Positions 17,871 through 24,488 of a stretch of DNA of 60,367 bases are shown one piece after another (within the stretch, counting starts at the first letter, position 1; the number at the start of each line of letters is the position of its first letter). Source of the DNA: Acidimicrobiia bacterium (lineage in GTDB: Bacteria; Actinomycetota; Acidimicrobiia; Spongiisociales; UBA5794). The translations under genes and the position numbers were made by a program. The stretch covers positions 1-60,367 of the forward strand of contig JASJAX010000045.1 in assembly GCA_030066755.1 (NCBI GenBank), in the 5' to 3' direction. The notes below the pieces were generated by a model. That model worked only from the letters and a program-made list of their open reading frames with translations, was not told where the DNA came from and ran no database searches.

Positions 17871-18509
17871 CTAGTCGAGGGTCAGCGACTCGAAGATGCG
17901 AGTCTGCTCGACTCGGCCTTCGGGAAAGCCCTCCTGGTACAGCACGGCGATGAACACCACGGGGAAGGCGTCTTCGTAGACCGCGATCTCCATCGTCGCA
18001 GTCGAGCCATCGGTCTCATCGACGGCGTAGCTCGCAACGGCGTACGCCGTGCCCTGGACCGTGCCGTTGGTGGGGCCGTCGGTGAGTCGGAACTGGAACG
18101 GTGGTTCCCCGACGTTCAAGAGCCCGGCGAGGATCTCAGCCAAGTCGTCGGGCGTGGCGTTCCTCGGCTCGGCGCCCTCGGAGAGGACATCGGCGACATC
18201 GCCCACGATGATCAATCCGGCCGAGTCGTTGTCCGCACGAAACGCGGCGGAGGCGCGGCCGAAGCGGAGTGACTCTGTGGCGAACTCCCAGTCGCGGGGG
18301 AAGTCGACGGTGACACCGAGCGATTCGACGAACACGGGATCGAGGGGTCCGGGTGGGCGGGTCGTGGTGGTCGTCAGCGAGAAGATCACTTCCGATGTCG
18401 GAGGGATGAACCTCGTCGTCGTGGGACCGGCATCTCCGTCGCCGCAGGCACCGATCACCATTGCGAACGTGGCGACAACGGCGGCGAGCCTTGCGAAACG
18501 GCTACGCAT
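17871..18509 (-). CDS. Lipoprotein of unknown function
   Basis: I place the start at ATG 18509. The signal peptide has a lipobox (FAMVIGAC). The start overlaps the upstream YibE/F stop by 8 nt. Confidence 0.6.
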   Translation of the reverse strand: MRSRFARLAAVVATFAMVIGACGDGDAGPTTTRFIPPTSEVIFSLTTTTTRPPGPLDPVFVESLGVTVDFPRDWEFATESLRFGRASAAFRADNDSAGLIIVGDVADVLSEGAEPRNATPDDLAEILAGLLNVGEPPFQFRLTDGPTNGTVQGTAYAVASYAVDETDGSTATMEIAVYEDAFPVVFIAVLYQEGFPEGRVEQTRIFESLTLD

Positions 18510-19956
18510 GGCCGTGCCCTCTCCTGCCTGATGCGGTGATCGAAGCCAGCCACGTGGTGAACGGAACGGCCGCAACCAGCCCGATGCTGCCGACGAGCGT
18601 GCGCACGATCTCCACCGCAACGACTTCGCTGTTGGCCACCGTCCCCAGCGACTGCTCCGACAAGACGAAGAGGACGAGGAGGGGGAGCGACGCCCCGGCG
18701 TAAGCCAGCAGCAGGGTGTTCACCGTCGAGGCGATGTGGTCGCGGCCGATGCGAATACCGGAACGGAACAAGTCGGACGGAGACATGGCCGGGTTCGTCG
18801 CCTTGAGCTCCCACACCGCAGACGCCTGGGTCACCGTGACGTCGTCGATCGCGCCCGCGGATCCCAGGACGATCCCGGCAAGGAGCAGACCCCGCACGTC
18901 GATGCCCTCGAACAAGGTGAGCAGCGAGCTCTCTTCGCTCACGAGGCCGGTGAAACCAGCTGCGCCGACCACGATCGCAGAGAGCACCGCGGTCAACGCC
19001 AACGCGGCAATCGTGCCCAGAAGCGCCACGGTGGTCATCCGACTGAACCCGTGGGACAGGTAGAGCGCGAGATAGGCGATCGCGGCGGCGCCCACCACGG
19101 CCACGAGCACGGGGCTCCGCCCATCCAGGATCGCCGGGAGGACGAAGAGCAGGAGTACGACCACGCTCGCTGCGAGACCGACCAGAGCGGCGGCACCGCG
19201 CAAGCGCCCGAGCAGCACGACCACGGCAGCGAACGCCAGCGCAAGCCAGACCAGGGTGCCGCGTCGCTGGAAGTCGGCGAACTGATAGAGCAGCTGAGGA
19301 TCGGGTGGGGAGATGCTGATGACGAACAGCTCACCCGTCAGGTCGTCGGCCAGGGTCTCGACACGAGCGGTGTCACCGATGGTGAGTCCGCCTGCGATGT
19401 CACCCGGGAACAGCTGGTGGTCGACACGGGTCGGGCCGTCACCGGTTTCGATGACGAGCGTCAGTACCCGGCAGGTCTGTTCCTCCTCGAACTCGCACGT
19501 CGCCTCGCCGGCATCGGCAACTCGGGCATTCGGTTCCAGGTAGGAGAGGATCACGGTCTGGCCGACGGTGAAATCAGGGGAGACCGTGCTCTCCGGGAAC
19601 GACTGTCGATACACCGTGCCGATGTCCGGGCCGGCCGTGAGCTCGAAGGCCACCTCCGTGCAGTCGGTCGTCGGTACCCCCGGGCACGGAGCAGTGATGG
19701 TGTCGATCACGTTGGCAGCGTGGAACTGGCTCGGCACTCCGAGGGCGGACAACTGCTCGACCTGCCGTCGGGTGTCGCCCGTCGGGCGCAGGACAACCAT
19801 CAGGACGAGCACGAGGACCGCCAGGCCGATGGCGGTGATCGTCAGGAGGTCGGGCCGGCGGCGCGGCGACTCGGCCGGCTCGTCGGGCCCACCAAAGGCG
19901 AGCCATTGATCCAGCTCAGCCTCGTTCGGTGAGTCGGGGGATTGCCCGTCGTCCAT
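18502..19956 (-). CDS. YibE/F family membrane protein
   Basis: An N-terminal TM helix and an extracytoplasmic domain are followed by a multi-TM YibE/F-type core (AIDDVTVTQASAVWEL ... GRDHIASTVNTLLLAY). Confidence 0.8.
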   Translation of the reverse strand: MDDGQSPDSPNEAELDQWLAFGGPDEPAESPRRRPDLLTITAIGLAVLVLVLMVVLRPTGDTRRQVEQLSALGVPSQFHAANVIDTITAPCPGVPTTDCTEVAFELTAGPDIGTVYRQSFPESTVSPDFTVGQTVILSYLEPNARVADAGEATCEFEEEQTCRVLTLVIETGDGPTRVDHQLFPGDIAGGLTIGDTARVETLADDLTGELFVISISPPDPQLLYQFADFQRRGTLVWLALAFAAVVVLLGRLRGAAALVGLAASVVVLLLFVLPAILDGRSPVLVAVVGAAAIAYLALYLSHGFSRMTTVALLGTIAALALTAVLSAIVVGAAGFTGLVSEESSLLTLFEGIDVRGLLLAGIVLGSAGAIDDVTVTQASAVWELKATNPAMSPSDLFRSGIRIGRDHIASTVNTLLLAYAGASLPLLVLFVLSEQSLGTVANSEVVAVEIVRTLVGSIGLVAAVPFTTWLASITASGRRGHGHA

Positions 19957-20085
19957 GCGCCAGATGGTGGCACAGCGGGGCCGCTCTGCATCGGATCTGC
20001 CTGTGGTGGCCCGGACGGGCGGACCGTCGACAATCCTATGTCCTGTGTATGCGGGGGCCTGCGGCGAGCTCGAAGATCAGCGGTG

Positions 20086-20430
20086 CTAGCTCGGAATATC
20101 GAGAATGAGGCCGATCGTGGCACGAATCTGGCTGAGAACGGTCGAGCCGACATTCCCGCGAACCCTCTCGATCCTCCTCGTCGACACCGCCCGCAGGTGT
20201 TGACTCTGCGCTGCCGAGTTCTGCTGAAGCCCGTTGGCGGCGTCGGGTTCGACCCTGATCTCCGAGGCGAATGCGCGGATCGTGGTCGTGAGCGGCACGA
20301 CCTGGATCACCGTTGGTTGCGCGTCCAAGACTCGCTGCGCGGTGACCACCACAGCGGGATGGCGGAAACCAGCCTCTCGGCCCTCAGGGAGTCCGAGGTC
20401 CAGGTCGACGACGTCACCCGAGGTCAGCAT
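20086..20430 (-). CDS. mazF: PemK/MazF family type II toxin (endoribonuclease)
   Basis: The 114-aa protein has GDVVDLDL...GFRHPAVVVT...VVPLTT motifs. It overlaps the upstream antitoxin gene by 17 nt. Confidence 0.85.
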   Translation of the reverse strand: MLTSGDVVDLDLGLPEGREAGFRHPAVVVTAQRVLDAQPTVIQVVPLTTTIRAFASEIRVEPDAANGLQQNSAAQSQHLRAVSTRRIERVRGNVGSTVLSQIRATIGLILDIPS

Positions 20431-20608
20431 CGAGCCAGTCGATCTCGTCCTTGGTCAGGACGGCCGTGAGTTCCTCGCCGATGCGTTCCTGGCGGAGACC
20501 TCGAACGGCGAGCGCAACCGTCTCGCCGACGGTTGTGCCGAGCTCATCTGCGAGTCGTTTCAGCTCTTGATGGGTTGCCTGGTCGATGCGCACACTCGTA
20601 CTCTGCAT
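20414..20608 (-). CDS. Ribbon-helix-helix type antitoxin (MazE-like)
   Basis: The start is probably ATG 20608 (MQSTSVRIDQATHQELKRLA), which opens an RHH-type N-terminus. The gene overlaps the toxin gene. Confidence 0.7.
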   Translation of the reverse strand: MQSTSVRIDQATHQELKRLADELGTTVGETVALAVRGLRQERIGEELTAVLTKDEIDWLDADLG

Positions 20609-20616
20609 GCAGATCA

Positions 20617-20634
20617 GCATACAGATCCGTATGC
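20617..20634. promoter_or_regulatory. Palindrome upstream of the antitoxin (candidate TA autoregulation operator)
   Basis: The sequence is GCATAC-agatcc-GTATGC, located 9-26 nt upstream of the ATG at 20608. Confidence 0.4.
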
Positions 20635-20687
20635 GTCATTGGTAGGGGTTCGTTGCGTCAGACACTCCGCCTCGATGACCGAAGGCT

Positions 20688-21314
20688 TCAGAGGTGGAGC
20701 TCGTACACGAAGGAGCGGCCCGATCCACCGCTGAATCGCTGGTTCATCGGTGAGACGAACTCGCCAACCACGCTGAAGCCGTAGTGGTCGTAGAAGCCGT
20801 AGCTGGACTCGACGTCGGTCTCGAGCGTGACCCGGTCGATCCCCAGTCCCCGGCAGTGATCGACGTATGCGTCCATCAGTCGTCGTCCGTAGCCCTTGCC
20901 GCGGGCCGCCTTGGCGGCGGCGAAGAGCGTGACTTCGCCGTGGCCGATCGGTTGGATCCGTGCCCTGCGGCTCTCATGCCGGGTGATGTCGCGGATCCAC
21001 CCGAGCTTGTCACCAATCGCCAATCCGCGCAGCGTGAGCAGCGTTCGGAGTGTGCGCAGCCGCCCGGACGGTCCACTGAACTCAGTGCGGAAACGCTCAC
21101 CACTGCCGGCGCGTCCGAAGAGCAGAGCGTCGACACCATGCTCGCCGGCGGTCACGGCGGCAAAGCGGCTCCCTGCGAGAGAACCTGCCGTGTACAGGCG
21201 GAGGGCGAACTCGGCCAGAGCCGGGGGTTGCAGATGTTCCGAGAACCCCCAGGCTTCGTCGACGATCGCCATACAGCGTTTGAGGTCGGTGGAGTCGAAT
21301 GTACGAATGGTCAC
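20688..21314 (-). CDS. GNAT family N-acetyltransferase
   Basis: An acetyl-CoA binding-type motif is present (RGKGYGRRLMDAYVDH) within a GNAT beta-alpha pattern. Confidence 0.8.
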   Translation of the reverse strand: MTIRTFDSTDLKRCMAIVDEAWGFSEHLQPPALAEFALRLYTAGSLAGSRFAAVTAGEHGVDALLFGRAGSGERFRTEFSGPSGRLRTLRTLLTLRGLAIGDKLGWIRDITRHESRRARIQPIGHGEVTLFAAAKAARGKGYGRRLMDAYVDHCRGLGIDRVTLETDVESSYGFYDHYGFSVVGEFVSPMNQRFSGGSGRSFVYELHL

Positions 21315-21456
21315 CTCGCATCACCGTAGCGACACGTTCCGGTTCGAGGCGCAGTACGACTGGCAAGGCGTGACGTACGTCGGCGACATCGAGGTCGAGC
21401 TCGACGGTGACCTGCTCTCCCGTCTCGAGTGGATCCGGTGGGAGCCGAAGCAGTAG
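21307..21456 (+). CDS. Possible small ORF (49 aa)
   Basis: GC3 bias is high (MVTSHHRSDTFRFEAQYDWQGVTYVGDIEVELDGDLLSRLEWIRWEPKQ). I recognise no family. The 5' end overlaps the divergent GNAT start, which is unusual. Confidence 0.25.
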   Translation: MVTSHHRSDTFRFEAQYDWQGVTYVGDIEVELDGDLLSRLEWIRWEPKQ

Positions 21457-21630
21457 GACCGCGTCTCCGCTACAGCGAGCAACCTATTGACCACGCACGG
21501 TGGCGTCAGTACTCTCTCCGGCGGAGTCCAGATGCGGACCGTGGTCGGTTCGCACCTTCCGTGGGCGTTGCAGGGGCCGCCGTGGGCTGGCGAGGGGTCT
21601 GGTTGGCACAACCAATAGGGGAGAGAGCTC

Positions 21631-23709
21631 GTGCGTACGCATCGTCGGCGACGTCTACATGTGTTTCTGATCATCGGCTTGTTGGCTGCGGCGCTGACCG
21701 CAATCACGGTGCCCGCATCCGCGGGTGCGGGAGATGCGGTGGAACCGCAGAAGGGGGCGCCGTTCGAGGCACTCATCAAGCGGTATCACCGTGCGGAACC
21801 GGACGGCAGCGGTACCCGTCTGTATGTCAACGACATCCTGTACCAACCGCGTAGCTTCGAGAACGGCACCGACGCCGACAGTTACCTCTACGGTTCGACG
21901 CTCGTGACCGATCCCGGCAAGTACGAGGGGTGGGACATCCTGTCGCCACCGAACTGGTCGGAGAACCGGAGGTCGGCGTGGCTCCACTTCACGCTGAATC
22001 GCCGCGCCAAGGTCGGCATCGTGCAGTTCGACGACAACGCACCGAGCTGGCTGAACAGCTGGACCTACAGCGGCAACGTCGAGCTCAACTATCGGGAGTA
22101 CCCGGTCTACACGAAGACGCTCGAGGCGGGAGCCCACTCACTCGGCGGACCGAGCCGCAACGGCAGCGGCGTGAAGAGCTACATCGTGCTCCTCGCTGAG
22201 GAGAACGGCGCCCCGACCCCGACCCCGGATGCTCCACAGGGCAGGCAGATCCCCGAGCCGAACACGGAGTGCCAGGAGTGGGTGCACGATCAGTACACGA
22301 CGATCGGCCCCGACGGAGCCGAGTACGAAACGTGGCATCCCCAGATCGATCCCGTCTACTGGTGCTACTTCCGTCACCACCATGGATCCGACCCGTCGAT
22401 CATCCCGGGCAACCCGCTCATCCCGTACGAGTACGTCGCCGACAAGGTTCCTCAGGTCGAGCCGGATGTCGGATTCAAGGAGATGATCTTCAAGGACCCG
22501 CGCGGCTACTACGTGCGGATGATCGATCACGTGGCCACCGGGCATCACCGTCGGGTGTGTGCCCAGTTCCACACGGTCTACGCGCTGGTCTACGACGAGC
22601 AGGGCAATGAGCTGTTCCGCACCGGTTTCAAGGCCGACTTCGGAGCCACCGTCGACCAGGACGGCCGGGTCCCGGTCAGTCCGACCAACTGCGGGTACAA
22701 CATGGCAGCGGTCGCTGCGGGCACCGAAGCTCGCAAGGAGCTGCGAATCGGGCCGAACGACCACGACTACGAACGTTGGGTCGCCGTCCCGACGGTCGAA
22801 ACCGCCAATCTCGGCATGATCTTCCACCACCGGTTCGACATTCAGGATCCGTTCTCGTTCTGCTCCAACATGACGTGCAACAGCGTGAACACGGACCCGG
22901 ATCGCACCGAGACCGGGACGCGGCGGACGTTCAAGATGCGCAACTTCGAGTTCGATGCATCACTCGCGCTGGCCACCGGGACGTTCTACACCGATCCGTA
23001 CGGTGTCGGCCTCGTCGACGAGTCGGCGGAGAACGCCGTGCAGCAGTACATCAAGGCGGGCTTCCGGTTGACGTTCGAGCACGACCGGTACAACTCCTGC
23101 AACGTCGTCGATCCGTGGACTCAGAAGTTCTCGTGTAACAACAGTGGGTCGACCACTCGCGTCGAGTTGGAGCACGGCTTCATCAAGACCTACGGCGATG
23201 GCGATCTCCCGAACGTGATGTTCAACCGTCCGACGTGCAACGGCTACGTCGCAACGATCGTTGGGACCGAAGGTGACGACGTCATCACCGGTACGGCCGT
23301 CGACGACGTGATCGTCGGCCTTGGCGGCAACGACCGCATCGAAGGCCTCGAGGGTGACGACATCATCTGCGGCGGCGACGGCAAGGACAAGATCTGGGGT
23401 GGGCCGGGTCGCGACATCATTCGCGGCGAGCGCGACCGGGACAAGCTCTTCGGTCAACAGGACATCGACTGGATCTTCGGTGGTCATGGTCTCGACCGAA
23501 TCGGCGGTCAAGGCGGAGAGGACGTCATTGCCGGCCAGGGCGGGGACGACGCCATCAAGGGACTGAAGGGTGACGACTTGCTCCTCGGCGGTCCCGGTGC
23601 GGACACCATCTGGGGTGCCGAGGGCGACGACATCATCGACGGCCAGCAAGGGACCGACCGATGCGGCGGCGGACCCGACGCCGATCGAATCGTCGGGTGC
23701 GAGACCTGA
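21631..23709 (+). CDS. Secreted protein: uncharacterised His-rich N-terminal domain plus 16 RTX nonapeptide repeats
   Basis: The GTG start follows GGGGAGAGAG. A Sec signal is present (LIIGLLAAALTAITVPASA). Sixteen GGxGxDxUx-type nonapeptides run in perfect 9-aa register at 23263-23694 (GTEGDDVIT ... GGPDADRIV). Confidence 0.75.
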   Translation: MRTHRRRRLHVFLIIGLLAAALTAITVPASAGAGDAVEPQKGAPFEALIKRYHRAEPDGSGTRLYVNDILYQPRSFENGTDADSYLYGSTLVTDPGKYEGWDILSPPNWSENRRSAWLHFTLNRRAKVGIVQFDDNAPSWLNSWTYSGNVELNYREYPVYTKTLEAGAHSLGGPSRNGSGVKSYIVLLAEENGAPTPTPDAPQGRQIPEPNTECQEWVHDQYTTIGPDGAEYETWHPQIDPVYWCYFRHHHGSDPSIIPGNPLIPYEYVADKVPQVEPDVGFKEMIFKDPRGYYVRMIDHVATGHHRRVCAQFHTVYALVYDEQGNELFRTGFKADFGATVDQDGRVPVSPTNCGYNMAAVAAGTEARKELRIGPNDHDYERWVAVPTVETANLGMIFHHRFDIQDPFSFCSNMTCNSVNTDPDRTETGTRRTFKMRNFEFDASLALATGTFYTDPYGVGLVDESAENAVQQYIKAGFRLTFEHDRYNSCNVVDPWTQKFSCNNSGSTTRVELEHGFIKTYGDGDLPNVMFNRPTCNGYVATIVGTEGDDVITGTAVDDVIVGLGGNDRIEGLEGDDIICGGDGKDKIWGGPGRDIIRGERDRDKLFGQQDIDWIFGGHGLDRIGGQGGEDVIAGQGGDDAIKGLKGDDLLLGGPGADTIWGAEGDDIIDGQQGTDRCGGGPDADRIVGCET

Positions 23710-23720
23710 CGTGAGTTCGT

Positions 23721-23752
23721 CTCGTGGGGCCCGCACGTCCGGGTCCCACGAG
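23721..23752. terminator. Hairpin between convergent genes
   Basis: CTCGTGGGGCCCG-cacgtc-CGGGTCCCACGAG forms a 13-bp stem with one G-T pair. Confidence 0.5.
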
Positions 23753-23766
23753 GCGGAGGAAACGCC

Positions 23767-24420
23767 CTAGCGATCTCGGGGTGGTTCGGTCACGAGCACA
23801 TGGCCGTCGAGCTGCGGTCGGCTGGTCCCATTGACCACGAAGGCGGCCCGCTCCCACGGTTGGTGTTCGGCCTGGAACGGCACCTCTTCGGCCATCCACT
23901 CATCCCAGAAGGCTTGGGCGGCGGCATCGCCGCCGTCGCGCGCAATACCGCGCGTGCGCGCAACGATCGGGTCCGACGTGACCCACACGGCCGCGTCGAG
24001 ATACGGGGCCAGCTCGCGTCGAGCGGCTCCCACGCCCTCGATGATCAGCCACTCGGTCGATGACTCGACGTGAATCGCTCCATCCCGGCCGCGGTCTTTC
24101 CAAGCATCCGGGCGATAGGCCACTGCAACGCCACGGCCTGCCGGCTCCAGCACATGGTCGATGAGCAGTGATGCCCAATCGAAGAACGAGTGATGCCACG
24201 CAACGTCATCGGTGTGGACGATGGCGCACCCCAGCAAGTTCGCCGCCAGCGCCGTCGCCAGTGTCGTCTTCCCACTTGCGCTGTGCCCGTCCACGGCAAT
24301 GACCCCAACGCTCCGACGTAACGGCGACGCAACCTCGACGAGATCGAGAGTCAGGTCCTCGATGGGCATGGCCCGCCAAGGCCCGAAGTCCGGCTCGTCA
24401 GGAAGCTTCGGCTCACTCAT
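23767..24420 (-). CDS. P-loop nucleoside/nucleotide kinase family protein (uridine-kinase-like)
   Basis: The Walker A motif is VDGHSASGKTTLA. A LIIEGVG Walker B-like strand is present. Confidence 0.7.
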   Translation of the reverse strand: MSEPKLPDEPDFGPWRAMPIEDLTLDLVEVASPLRRSVGVIAVDGHSASGKTTLATALAANLLGCAIVHTDDVAWHHSFFDWASLLIDHVLEPAGRGVAVAYRPDAWKDRGRDGAIHVESSTEWLIIEGVGAARRELAPYLDAAVWVTSDPIVARTRGIARDGGDAAAQAFWDEWMAEEVPFQAEHQPWERAAFVVNGTSRPQLDGHVLVTEPPRDR

Positions 24421-24432
24421 CGCACGTGTATC

Positions 24433-24460
24433 TCGGTACTCAGTACTCGCTACTCAGTAC
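24433..24460. repeat. Heptanucleotide tandem repeat, 4 units (TCNNTAC)
   Basis: The units are TCGGTAC TCAGTAC TCGCTAC TCAGTAC. The array is intergenic and ends 13 nt upstream of the kinase start. Confidence 0.7.
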
Positions 24461-24465
24461 TCCGG

Positions 24466-24488
24466 ATGCTCTGACGAAGTCAGAGCAT
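24466..24488 (-). terminator. Hairpin overlapping the stop codon of the Pat-like gene
   Basis: ATGCTCTGAC-gaa-GTCAGAGCAT forms a perfect 10-bp stem. There is no U-tract. Confidence 0.4.
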
